From Eledone cirrhosa (lineage: Eukaryota), in contig OZ024743.1 of the NCBI GenBank assembly GCA_964016885.1, forward strand, positions 181,660,001 through 181,724,000: a stretch of DNA of 64,000 nt, given 5' to 3'. Under the pieces are notes generated by a model that searched no databases, was not told the origin of the DNA, and was given only the letters and a program-made list of their open reading frames with translations. Shown here in pieces: positions 23,830 to 36,571 of the stretch (positions are counted from its first letter, which is position 1; each line of letters starts with the position of its first letter). The position numbers and the translations under genes were made by a program.

Positions 23830-26800
23830 TGCATTACTTCGCTCCGGATTTTTACGGATTATTGTTAAAAAAACTGTGATTTCATTGTTCAATTTGTTAG
23901 TACTGTTTAGTTTAACCCCTTGTCTGGGCCTTCAGACGTTGAGTTAACTAATATTCGCCCCTTTTGGGGGCGAAATTTTCATCTCAAAATCTGTGTAAAA
24001 TTGGTAGTCAATAATGGATGCCATTTCAAACTCGCACACTGTAGTGAGTGCTACGTCCACTAAGAAAAGTGGTTGAGGGAAGGTAGGAGTACAAAGCTTG
24101 CAGTCTTCCCCCCTCGCATTATCGAAAAACGTTGTAAATATTGAAACTACGGAACCAAACCCGGTAAATAATACCACACCAACATCAAGAACAATGACAA
24201 TAACACCACAACCAACAACTGCAACAATAACAACACCAAGGAAAACATGAACAACATCAACAACAGTGACAACAACAACAGCAACAAAAAAGACAACACC
24301 ACCAAAACAACGTTCGCACAAACTGTAAAAAAAAACGAACTATACACGCCAATTGACATAACAAATGCTAAACAACTACTACAAGACGCAAAACAATTCG
24401 TGAGTTTTGGACAAAACGGTGCTTTTAGCATCAATTCTCCACAGATATTACGTAGAGAGGCTGTCCTGAAAACTGTGGTTTTCAGGACAATATCTAACGA
24501 AACCAGAGAACCAGCTCAATTATCACAAAATGAAAGTGAGCTGGTTCTAAAAGATGCAATGAAGGACATAACCTTCATCCAAAAAGGAAAACTGTTTGGT
24601 AGCATTTCGGTGCTAATGAATAACCAGCCAACAGCACAAAATACTCTGTATCACCCATTGTGTCCCCCCGTTTCACCTTTTTCTCCCACATACAGGGGAA
24701 AAAGGACACAAAAAATAAAAATTATGAGTATCACATGTAAATATTTGGTGGATACTATGTGGATTCATTGATTTTTATGAAGACAGGATAATCTCAGTAG
24801 GAAAGTCCTCCAGAGGTGTATTTGGTGGGACCAGCGTAGAAGTTCTGGTGCAAATGAGCCCAGAACGAATAGCGAATATCCCACAACGCGTGTCTCTGGA
24901 CGGGCTAACCTATATAAACATTTCAGTGGAGGGTAGGCGGCTGTCATGTTACCACTGCTTAAGCAGGAGTCACCTGAGGGCTGCCTGTCCTAAATTAACG
25001 AGTAAAAAAAAGGCTCTTCTTCCAACCCCGAACACAACCACCACCACCACAACAACAACAACAACCACAACAACACGGAAAAATAACAACACAAGACACT
25101 GTCCCACCCAACCCCTCCCCACCTAAAACAAATACAAAAGCAACCACAACAAAACCCCAAAATATACCCCTCCCAACAACCCGGAAGAGGACTCCGTATT
25201 AACGTCACCCAGTGACGACGAGGGAGAACCCTTCGAACAGGTGAAAAGGAAGAAAAAAAGGCACCACATTAACAAAAATGCAACAAACACACAACCACCA
25301 GCACAAACAGAACAAACAAAAAAAAACCACCCCTCCCGAAAACATAACACACTACAAAACGCACAACACGCACAAGAACAACAAACAAAAACAACAAACA
25401 AAAACAAACACAACACAACAAAAACACTATACATACATTAACAAGAACAATAAAACTTTGATGAAAGCAATAGACAATAACCCTTCGGTGGAAACCGAAG
25501 GGATCACTTTCACCTCCGCAACGGGCAAACCGCACCTAATGATGATTAGGGTCCCAACGGAAACCTATGTAACTCTGAAAAAGAACGACTGGTGGTTCTA
25601 GACATCAGCAGTAGTGAAGGTGGAGCTTTCAGGCTGGTGGCAGCGTATGCCACATCTGGGACACCGCGGCCGGACTTCTTCCGACTACTGGAGACTTTCC
25701 TGGGAACGTCTCGCTCCTTGCTTTTAGTGGGGGACTGGAATGGTATCCTGGATGCACGTTGGGACTATGTAGGGGCATGTCCCGATAGAGGGGGTGTAAC
25801 AGCCTCAAACGATGAATCGGCCGATTTGATCTGGCCGATAGATATCGACTAGATTTTCCAACTGTGCCACTGTGGACATGGAATAATCTTAGCGGAACAT
25901 CTAGGTCGTACCTAGATAGGTTCCTAGTTAGAAATAAGGATAGGGACATATTAAGCTGTCCACGAATGTTTATGGTTGACTATTCGGATCACAAGTTGGT
26001 GACCGGAGTGGTCAACCTTGACAGAACCCATAGACAAGGACCCGGTTACTGGAAGCTAAACTTGTCCTTACCGACAAACAAAGCTTACAGTAAGCAGATT
26101 AGCACTCTAGTTAAGCAGCGGTTGACGGGGGAAATTGTCAACAGCAAGTGGTGGGATTCTCTCAAGAGAGAAATTAGAATAGAATCGATAGGTTTTAGTC
26201 AGGAATTAGCATCAGATAGGAATAGAACTGAAAGAGAATTAATAGATAGAGTAGAAGAGGCGATTAGGAGTGGCAACGTGGCCGGCGTGTTGGCGTCAAG
26301 AACGGCCCTAGACCAGTTCTTTGATGCGAAGCACGAGGGGTGCGTTGTCAGAAGTAAAATACGCGCTCTGGGTAACGAGGGAGCCAAAGCTGTTAGCAGG
26401 GCCCGAGTGACATAGGCAAAAGGGGGAAACAAGTCAACGATTCGGTCTTTGAAGGACCAGGATGGACGCGTGATCCTTGAACCTGAGCGGATGAGCGCGG
26501 CCTTTCAACGGCGCTTTACACGACTGTTCGGGAGGGGCGGCGGCGGGCCGGGTGGGGACATGGATTTCGGTCCATACCTCGACGGTCTGGCGCGACTCTT
26601 GGACGGGGAGGCGAAGTCCTGCGAGAGGCCGATTTCAGCCGCTGAAATAGGGGAAGCGCTGAGCCAATGCGGCAAAAGCAAATCTCCGGGTCTCGATGGT
26701 CTACCATGCGAACTTTATGTAGCGATGCCGGGCTTGTTCTCCGGTCTCCTCGAGGCGGTCTACTGCAACTGGCAACAGAACGAGAGAATTCCCAGTTCTG

Positions 26801-28985
26801 TGACCAAGGGCGTAGTCACGCTGGTGAGGAAGGACGAGAACAAGGGGGATGACATAGATAATTTCAGGCCCATAACTCTGCTAAACACAGAGTTAAAGAT
26901 TTTGGCCAAGGTGTTAGCAAAGAGGTTGGTGCTTGTCGTCGGGAACCTGGTGGGAGAAGCGCAGACATGCGCAATCCCGTCCAGGTCCATACACGACAAC
27001 CTCCACCTCGTGCGATACATCGTAGAGAGGGTAGGGAACGAACCCGGCTTTGGTGGGGTCCTGATCAGCTTGGATCAATCTAAGGCGTTCGATTGAGTCG
27101 ACCATCGGTACCTGGATGCGATGCTCGCGGCGGCAGACTTCGGACCCGTTTTCAGGGGTTGGATTGCTGCAATGCACAGCAGCAACACCTGCTCGAGGGT
27201 CAAGGTGAACGGCTACCTCTCGAAGCCGTTCCAAATCACGCGATCCATCCGACAGGGATGCCCTCCTTCCTTCTGTATGTGCTGGCACTCGATCCACTAC
27301 TGCGGAAGCTGGAGCTGTTGCAGGGAATCCCCTTGGGACCTGGATTGCGGAAATCTGTGTCGGCCTACGCCGATAACGTGACAGTAATGGTGTCGTGCGC
27401 CTCGGAAATCGGGAAGATCGGCACCTTACTGGAGGAATACAAAAAGGTTTACAGGAACCAAGCTAAACTGGGACAAATCTGTCGGTCTGCAGCTCGGAAT
27501 GTGGAGGGGAAAACCGTTGTCCTCCGACGGCATCGTCGGACGCTGGACGGAGGGACCGGTGAAGCTGCTCGGGGTCTGGTTCGGACCGGACCTCCAGGTG
27601 GAGAAACCCTGGGACGAGGTAACGGGCAGGGTGTTTGCACTCGCCCAGAAGTGGGCCGAGTGCAAACTATCCCTGAAAGGTCGAGCGGAGGTGGCGAACG
27701 CTTATATAGCGTCCGTCATCTACTACCGCTTGACCGTTGTGCCTTTCCCAGAGAAAACACTCGCCAAAATGGAGCGCGCGCTCTTCCGATTCCTTTGGAA
27801 GAAGCGGACTCCTTTGGTGAGAAGATCCATCTGCTGTCAACACCCTTCGAACGGAGGGCTGGGGATGCCGTGGCTGACGATGCGTAGACACGCATTAAGG
27901 CTACGGCACCTCCACGTATTCCTCACCGGTCAGCCGGTGTGGGCCTTGTTTGGGAGGCGAGCCTTTCCGAGACTCGTCTCACTCAGCGAGCTGCAATCCT
28001 GGGTCAAGCAAAGACCAAGAAAAGTGGGCAACTTGCACATTGAATGTGCCCAGGCGCTCACGGCCCTCTAGCAAGCGGATCCGGCAATCAGTGGAGACTC
28101 AACCTCAACATTCTATAGGGGGTTGGTGCGCAGTAAGTGCGACGACTCTCTCAGAGAGGCTCTGGGCATGGAGGAAGACGAGCTAGCCAGTCTGTTCGGT
28201 AGGACGTTTGGCCCCGGGACCGATGGACAACTTCCAAAAGTCCCTGGCTTGGCAATGCTACCGAGGAGCTCTACCCGTTCGAGACAAGCTCTACAGACAC
28301 GGGCGCCCGGGTAGGGGCCCCTCGAAGAAGATCTGTCCGAGATGCGTGCGTGACGAGGAAACCGTCGCACACGCATTCGTACACTGCCTGTGCGTTGCTG
28401 ACCTGTGGGGCTATGTGGAACGACTACTGTCGCGGGCGGGACCAATCCGGTTGACCACCGAGTACATTGTCACGATCAAACAACCTCCCTCTTTCAAAAA
28501 CGAAGGAGAGGCAATTTTCCTCTGTGTGATATCTATGGCGAAAGAGGTTGTATGGTGGACGAGGTTGAAAGGGCTGAGGTCAGACACCTTTCTCTCCGGC
28601 CAACAACTGGTCCTTTTTTTCAAGTACCACTTTAGAAGAAGGATCAGAATGGAGAGAGAGGTGCTCTACCCCAGCAAGTTTTATGAAAGGTGGGTGAAAG
28701 TGGAGAGAATGGCCCGAGTGAATGGGCCTCCTCTCTATATCAGCCTGTAGGTGAGAGAGGAGAAGAATGAGGAGAGGAAGGGAGCACCCGCTCTTTGTGC
28801 TCCTGAAGAGGAGGGTTGCACATTTTTTTTTTTTGGGGGGGGGGGGTGCACCCACGCTATTGAGAACATCGATTGTTAAATTCAATTTGTTATATGTTTT
28901 TTACACGTCTTTTTAAATGTATGTAAACTCCCCCCTTTGTATTTGTCCCAATCTTTGATGCCCTGGTGGCAAATAAATAGAAATT
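23830..28985 (+). mobile_element. Tx1/L1-clade LINE, near full length, decayed (ORF1 with zinc knuckle; ORF2 APE-RT-CCHC)
   Basis: CYHCLSRSHLRAAC (~24947); VGDWN, YLDR, SDH, GPGYWKLN; KSPGLDGLP, LDQSKAFD, RQGCP, AYADN; CPRC..ETVAHAFVHC; 3' ccctggtggcaaataaa; several frameshifts and stops. Confidence 0.92.
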
Positions 28986-29311
28986 TATATTAATTACCAC
29001 CAAACTCTCCCCCTCTTTATATCAATAAACATCAATCTCTCCCCCTCTCTATATCTAATATACAACACACTCTCCCAACCGTTCTCTCTATATCAATTAC
29101 CACCAAACTCTCCCCCTCTCTATATCTACATCTATCTCTCCCATCAATCTCTGCATAATATGTACATAAACTGTAGCGTATATACAAATAGATATGTGTT
29201 TTAGTTGTTTGGGGAGAAAAATATAATTATTGGAGTAGCAGGCATCACCCCTGAAGATCATTAGAGTAAACTGAGGAATTCTATCCGATATATGTATATC
29301 TATATATACAG

Positions 29312-29530
29312 CAGCTCCTGTCAGAAGCAACCGTCTTCAACTGATCCGGCTGGATAACCAAGAGAGACCAGCCAAGCTCATGGATGTTATCCAACTATCT
29401 TGCACGGAGTCAACCTCTGGGTTTTTCTACCGGTTGGTTCATCCCGTAAAATCTTTCCAGTGATTCTTTCCTGAGACATTCTAACCACACACCTATAGTA
29501 TTGGAAATGTGATCTCGCAATTCGGAGAAG
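29312..29530 (-). mobile_element. RTE-like LINE 3' fragment
   Basis: Homologous to 42375-42575. Confidence 0.75.
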
Positions 29531-29544
29531 TAGCTGTTCTACCT

Positions 29545-29730
29545 ATATATATTGTAGTGAAAAGCCGTGAGGTTATATCCATAGTTGGTAGAGTACTCAG
29601 TCCAAAGAACCAGTTCTGTATAGAGTTAGTTTCACAACAAATTAACGAACCTTACTTGAAGAGACGTGTTTCAGCCGAAAGATTCTTCAACTCGTGTATG
29701 GTTAGTTAATTTGTTGGGGAACTAAATCTC
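29545..29730. mobile_element. Fold-back mini-element, family E relative, with a degenerate HHR
   Basis: Tail matches 8515-8562; inverted gagttagtttcacaacaaattaac / gttaatttgttggggaactaa; minus strand TTGAAGA..GAAAC AC GTC. Confidence 0.5.
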
Positions 29731-29732
29731 TT

Positions 29733-29769
<37 letters not shown>

Positions 29770-29770
<1 letters not shown>

Positions 29771-29971
29771 ACGAATGAGGTGTGGTAAGGAACCAGATGG
29801 ACCCTAACGCACCAGAGTACTCAATATTTAGGGTAGTAGAGTGGGTAATAGGAAAAAGTTTAACCCCGACGGCAGAGCTCAAGCCGTTTCGACGGCTATT
29901 TCTGGACTGAAGTAGTCCAGAAATAGCCATCGAAACGGCTTGAGCTCTGCCATCGGGGTTAAACATTTTCC

Positions 29972-29972
<1 letters not shown>
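29770..29972. mobile_element. Fold-back mini-element, family A copy 3 (opposite orientation)
   Basis: Tail 29770-29849, arms 29850-29972, (TA)n on both sides. Confidence 0.8.
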
Positions 29973-30010
<38 letters not shown>

Positions 30011-30114
30011 ATTTTTTCCTAAATATTATGTGCTTTATATAATTACAAAATACTATGGGTTTCTCAAACAATATATAGCTCTTTCTCTCTCTATATATAT
30101 ATACATATATTTTA

Positions 30115-30617
30115 TCGAGCCTAGTCACCGAACAAGGAAGAAGGGCAAGTAGGGGGGCACACAATACATGATACATATAATGTCACAAAAAATTACATCA
30201 TAAAAAATTACATTCATTTCTTGCTCTCCTCTCTCAACCTCCTTATGATCTATTGCACCATTTATGTGATAAACTTTTGATGTAATTTTTTATGATGTAA
30301 TTTTTTATGACGTAATTTTTTGTGACATTATATGTATCATGTATTGTGTGCCCCTCTGCTTGTTCTGGTGACTTGGCTCGGTGGAGCCTTCAACCTTTGA
30401 TATACTTTTGTTTATAGGCTCTGATGATTCCTGCCCTAGGGTATGGATGAAACACGGTTAGCAAATAAAACAATGTATTTCTAAACACTCTTTGGTTATT
30501 CCTAAACTTATAACGGCTCTGTAGTATACTAGTTATCCTACATTGAGCTAAAACCACACTGTCATACCAAGGACAATACATATGTGTGTCTGTGCACATT
30601 AGTATAATTGTCAACCA

Positions 30618-30620
<3 letters not shown>
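30115..30620 (+). mobile_element. Fold-back PLE-terminus element, family D, with HHR at 30410-30473
   Basis: Arms ~30117-30212 / 30290-30380; gct-CTGATGA-ttcctgccctagggtatggat-GAAAC ACG GTT-agc; ends in (TA)n. Confidence 0.7.
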
Positions 30621-30685
<65 letters not shown>

Positions 30686-30692
30686 TTATGTA

Positions 30693-30740
<48 letters not shown>

Positions 30741-31137
30741 TTTTTTTCTTTTTTCATGTTATAACATCCTCTCTTAAAGAAGAAAATGAAATAGGGTAAA
30801 AAATATATTTGAAAATATTGTAATCGGATATAATGTGTAAGGCAGTCACAGAGTGAGTGTAAAATCTGGGATACAGATGTGAACTTTTACATGTAGGGGC
30901 AAAGGAAGGGAAAGTAAAGGGAGTTACAGAAAAATACAAGACGAAAACATCTGAGAGACAGTCCAAGTTGAGAGCAATAATTAAGCTGCGTTTCCGGTTT
31001 GTTTAAACGGTGTGGTGGTGGTGGTGGAAGTGGTGGTGGTGGTGGGTGATGGTAGTGGGGTGAGGTGGGGTGATGACTGGTCAGGGTGTTGGGTGGTGGT
31101 GGTGGTGGTAGATACGGGGGGGGTGAAGGCAGCGTTG

Positions 31138-31370
31138 TGAAGGCACATAGCTTCGTGGTTAAGGTGTTCGTTTTACAATCGTTGAGGCATGAGTGTGACT
31201 TCCAGCGGCGCATTGTGTCCTTGAGCAAGACCCTTTATTTCACATCGGTACAGTCCACTCAGTTGTACGTGTAATTCAAAGAGCTTGGCCTTGTTATACA
31301 TTACACTATGTCACACTGAATCTCCCTGAGAACTACGTTAAGGATGCACATTTGTTTGAACACATTGACA
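31138..31370 (+). mobile_element. CORE-like tRNA SINE
   Basis: tgtgtccttgagcaagaccctttatttcac..cagtccactcag; tail gaatctccctgagaactacgttaagg. Confidence 0.75.
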
Positions 31371-31879
31371 GCTAATTGTAAGAACCGGCGGGAGTCCTAC
31401 ATACAGAAGTTGTGTGCACGCATATGCTGTGTATTTGTTGACTATTGTACAAATGCTGGGTAGGTACATGTGTAATAACTCCTATTTATAGTGAATGTAG
31501 AAGGCGTAGAATTGACAGAGTCGTTAGAACACCGGGTAGAATGCTTTGCGGAATTCCTTCCAGCTCTGCTCTCTGATTTCAAATCCCGCCGACGTCAACT
31601 TTGCCTTTCATCCATTCCAGGTCGATATAAAAATGTATCAGTCTAGTACTGGGGTAGGTTCTTCCTCTGTATCTCTCTTCTCACTACCATTCTCTAACTC
31701 TTTATCCTTCTCTGAAATAAATCTGCGGTAGTCAGACCTGGAGAGCAGATGGGCAATAATAAAGGGGTGGGTGTCACCCTATGTCAATGAGATACCCCTA
31801 CGACTCCACCAGTATTTACGGGGAAAGAACAAGCAGATTAGTGAATGCATGCACGCACGCACGCTTGCATGCATGCATA

Positions 31880-32826
31880 GTGGCTGCCAACTCGTTTTCG
31901 AGTACGGCCACTACTTTATATCCATGTAGGAGAACCAATACTGATGCGCTGAACAAGTGTGACTTTTTAGTCCAGCCAGCGACTTGAAAACTCTGGTACA
32001 AACACTACACTTGTGACAATTATTGACACATAGTGCTGGGCCCATGGCACCATGTGACGACAAGTGCAGAGAGATCTCCAGATATAAAGCAATGCCTGTG
32101 CCGTGAAGCTTTTATAGTGAGCAAAGGCACTGCACAAAGCCAGTCCCACTCTCTTAACCAAGATGATATTTACGAAAAAGAAGAACAAGTCAACATCACT
32201 GGATACCATCAGGGTTGCAGGTGTTATATCAGAGTTTTCATACTTACATACATACATGGTGGCTGCCAACTCGTTTTCGAGTACGGCCACTACTTTATAT
32301 CCATGTAGGAGAACCCCTACCGATGCGCTGAACGAGTGTGACTTTTTAGTCCAGCCAGCGACTTGAAAACTCTGGTACAAACACTACACTTGTGACAATT
32401 ATTGACACATAGTGCTTTGCCTTTGGTACCATGTGACGACAAGTGCAGAGAGATCTCCAGATATAAAGCAATGCCTGTGCCGTGAAGCTTTTATAGTGAG
32501 CAAAGGCACTGCACAAAGCCAGTCCCACTCTCTTAACCAAGATGATATTTACCAAAAAGAATAACAAGTCAACATCATTGGATACCATCAGGGTTGCAGG
32601 TGTTATATCAGAGTTTTCCTTCTCCTAGAATTCTGCCTTGACAAAGGCTAAGGGGTCATCTCTCCCAGTGATTTTGGATGGCCATTGACTCTTAAGAGCT
32701 CCTTTGCCCTTTGACAGGTTTTGTTTTTAGTCCTGCTGGATGTCCAAAGTCACCCTCCTCACCAAGAAACCTTGGTGGGGTTGCCAGTTTAGTCGCCAAC
32801 GACCCGACCATGAAACAGGTTGTAAC
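31880..32826 (-). mobile_element. Tandem non-autonomous RTE derivatives (31880-32240 truncated; 32258-32826 longest copy)
   Basis: Direct duplication, separated and flanked by catacata; RTE 5'UTR-like motif plus zinc-finger-derived 3' part (CSVCTRVFKSLAGLKSH). Confidence 0.8.
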
Positions 32827-32871
32827 ATACATACATACATACATACATACATACATACATACATACATACA

Positions 32872-35800
32872 TGATGGCTGCCCCCTCGTTATCGAGTATG
32901 GCCATTGCACAAGAAAAAAAAATATATATAATAAAATATAATAATAATAATAAATAAATTTAAAAAAAAAAATAAAAAAAAAAAAAAGAAATATATATAT
33001 ATATATATATATATACATACACACACACATACACACTCACACACACATATACACACACATACATTAATAACAATAATAATAATAATAACAACAATAATAA
33101 GAACGACAACAACAATAATAATATACATATACATATATATATATACACACACACGCACACACATAAGCATATCTACACACACACACACACACACGATAGC
33201 AACTAACAGCGCTGCGATCGAATGTGGCTTTTTAGCCCAGCCAATGATCTACAATGTCTTGCACAGAGTCGGCAACCAAAACATTCACTGGGAATAGTCG
33301 GCTGTGGTTGGAGTTCGTGTACTTTTGCATGTCGCTTCAGCCCTCCTGCTGATTTACATTCTCTACCACATGTTTGGCAAGCATGCTGAGTAGCATCTCC
33401 AACAGTAGCCTGGTAGTCAACCACTGGTCTTACTTTATGACTGCGAAGATGACTTTCTAGTCCAGCTTTGCTTAGGCAGAGTCTCGCACATACGCTGCAT
33501 GTCAGCACCATAGGAGGACTCTCGCCGTCTGGAAGTGCAACAGCAATGCCCTTCCTCACATCCCGCTTTACTTTCTCGTATGCGATTCGAGATGCCTCAA
33601 AGGCAACTTTTCCCTCATATACAGTCTTTCTCCATTTATTACGATCAGCAGCAATATTTTCCCATGTATCAGCAGAGATGTTAGCGTCTTTCAGAGAGGC
33701 TTTCAAGGAATCCTTATACCTCTTTTTTGGTTTATGTGGCGGTCGTTTTCCTTTAACTAACTCTCCATAAAAGAGTTGTTTTTGTATTCTAGAATCCTTA
33801 ATCCTGGCAAGGTGACCACTCCAACGGAGTCGTTGCTTAAGCACAAGAGCTTCTATACTGTCACACATAGAGCTCTCCAAAATCTCGACATCACTGATGT
33901 GGTCCCTCCAGTGAACGCCATGATTCCGTCTGAGACACATCTGATGGAAACGCTCCAATTGCTTAAGTGTCGATATGTGACCCAGGTCTCACAGGCATAA
34001 AGAAGACAAGAGAGCACACATGTCCTGTGCACCTTTACCTTTGTCCTCCTGCATATGTCTCGCCGACCCCAGAGTCGCCTTTCTAGCTTTCCGAAAGCAT
34101 CACTTGCTTTCCTAATCCTAAGTGAGATTTCACTGTCAAGGTTGCCGTATCGATTGACAGTGCTCCCCAGGTAGAAAAACTGATCAACCACTCCAAGTCG
34201 TTTGCCATACACATAGATGTTTGGTTCAGTGTACTGCTTACCAGGGGCAGGTTGGTACATGACGACGGTTTTCTTGAGACTGACAGTCAGACCTAGGGCA
34301 GTGCAAGCGTCAGAAAATGCATTCAAAATGTGGTGCATATCACTCTCTGTGTGCGCTACAAGATCGCAATCATCTGCATACAACAGGTCTCTGATTGATG
34401 TAAACACTTTTGTCTTCGCAGCAAAGCGCCTGATGTTAAATATGCTGCCTGAGGTTCGATATCGGATGTAAACACCATGCTCGCAATTCCTGAATACAAT
34501 ACAGAAAACCATTGCAAAGTATATGGCAAACAGGGTCGGTGCCGGAATATCCCCCTGTTTCATTCCATTTTTTACTGAGATAGGCTCCGGCATGTTACCC
34601 CCGACATTAACCCAAGCCTTCATGTCGTCATGGAAAGACCTAACTAAAGCAAGGAACTTATCAGGGCAACCAAGTTTCTGGAGAACCTTCCATAATGCAT
34701 CTCTGTTAACAGTATCGAAAGCTTTTGTCAGATCGACAAAAACCTGATACAGATCCAAGTCTTGTTCCATGCACTTCTCCTGGAGCTGTCTAGCTGAGAA
34801 GATCATATCAGTAGTGCCGCGTCCAGCACGAAAACCAGATTGACTTTCAGGAAGAACACAATCTGCAATGTGTGTCAGCAGACGGTCCAGAAGCACCCTA
34901 CATAAAACTTTCCCTACGACAGAAAGCAATGATATATCTCTGTAGTTCCCACAATCGTTCCTGTTACCCTTTCCCTTGTACAAGACCACCATTACTGCAT
35001 CTCTCCAGTCCTCAGGTACGGATTAATTAGCCCATATCCTGCCAAACAAAGAGTGAAGATGTTGCAGGAGTCTCTCACCACCATATTGTAGGAGTTCAGC
35101 ATGTATGCCATCCATACCTGGAGATCTTCCACTGTTCAGCTTCGAAATAGCCACTGCGAGAGCTACTTTCACAGGACTTTCTGGAAAGAGATTGAGGAAA
35201 TCTTCACTGACGACAGACGGCTGATTCAAAAGATCATCAAAGTGCTCTCGCCACCTTCGTAGAATTCCTTGTGAGTCACGAAGAAGTTCTTTGCCATCCT
35301 TGCTGCGAAGCGGTGTCACCAGAGAAGAAGACGGTCCATAAACCTCACACAAGAGACTGTACAACAGCTTTGTGTTATTGGAATCTGACGCAGTTTGTAT
35401 CTCACCAGCCTTCTCACTCCACCACTGATCCTTCATCTGAGAAAGACTCCGCCTAACACGTGATTTTACATCCCTGAGTTCCTCATGCAACGTATTCCTC
35501 TCCTGTAGTTTTACTGTCAAGTAGCGTGAAAGAGCACGCCTCTTATCAGCCAACAGGTCTTCTATATATACATCATTCTCATCAAACCAGTCCTGGTGTT
35601 TCCTCTGCGCCAATCCCAGAACACGCCTGCCTACATCATAAACCGACTTTTTAAGGGTCGGCCAATCCTCACCAAGATCTGCAGCCTGCATCTTTTCTTC
35701 CAATGTCCTCTTCACATTTTTATCCTTAAGACGAGCAGCATTCAATCTTTTGGGCAGGGCAACACCAAGAGCCCGGATTTTACGTTTAGTGATTAGTTTC

Positions 35801-36499
35801 ACTTTTGCGCGTACCAGGCGGTGGTCCGTCCAGCACTCAGCTCCACGAAGAACACGAACACACTGCACATCCTGTCTGTCACGCATCCTGACTAGGACGT
35901 AGTCCAAAAGATGCCATTCCTTAGATGCAGGATGCATCCATGTGGTCTTGAATTTGTTCTTTTGTTGGAACATGGTGTTGGTAACACACAGATCCAGCTC
36001 CTCACACATCTGCAGCAGGAGCATACCATTGCTGTTACACTTTCCCATCCCATGCCTTCCGATTACATTCCATGTGTTAAAATCCCTACCCACTCTAGCA
36101 TTAAAGTCACCAAGCACGATGACTTTGTCTGCCTGAGAGATATTTCTTAGAACACCTTTCAAGGCATGGTAAAAGGACACCTTTTCCTCATCGACAGAAC
36201 TCATAGTTGGAGCATACACACTCACCAGGGTAGCATATCTTCCCTTGTCCAGCGGAACTCTCATGGACATAAGACGCTCACTAATCCCTACTGGGAATTC
36301 TTCTAATTTGTTCACAAGCACAGTCTTAACAGCAAATCCTACCCCAGCCTCTCTTCTGGTTCCTTCATCTCTTCCTTTCCAGAAGAATGTATATTCTCCA
36401 CAAAATTCCGTAAGATAACCATCTCCAGCTAGCCTCGTTTCAGATAAAGCCACGATGTCAAGATCGTAACGTCGAAGCTCCTTTGCAACAAGAGCTTCA
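32872..36499 (-). mobile_element. RTE-BovB-like LINE (APE + RT + three C2H2-like fingers), slightly 5'-truncated, frameshifted
   Basis: ALSETR, VYAPT, LGDFNARVG, LDYVL, WTDH; FVDLTKAFD, LLYADD; C-terminal CSVC..H..SH, CQTC..H..VH, CRLC..H; (CATA)n at both ends; microsatellite expansion 32910-33195 in the 3'UTR. Confidence 0.93.
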
Positions 36500-36571
36500 A
36501 CATACATACATACATACATACATACATACATACATACATACATACATACATACATACATACATACATACAT

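Noticed and set aside
32690-32826. HDV-like ribozyme at the 5' end of the RTE derivative
   Set aside because: The nested double pseudoknot could not be assembled by eye; needs a descriptor search
33203-33958. Host C2H2 zinc-finger gene
   Set aside because: Continuous with RTE post-RT motifs and lies within the element boundaries
36500-36567. MYVC-repeat N-terminus of ORF 35023..36567
   Set aside because: Read-through from the flanking (TATG)n into a 5'-truncated LINE
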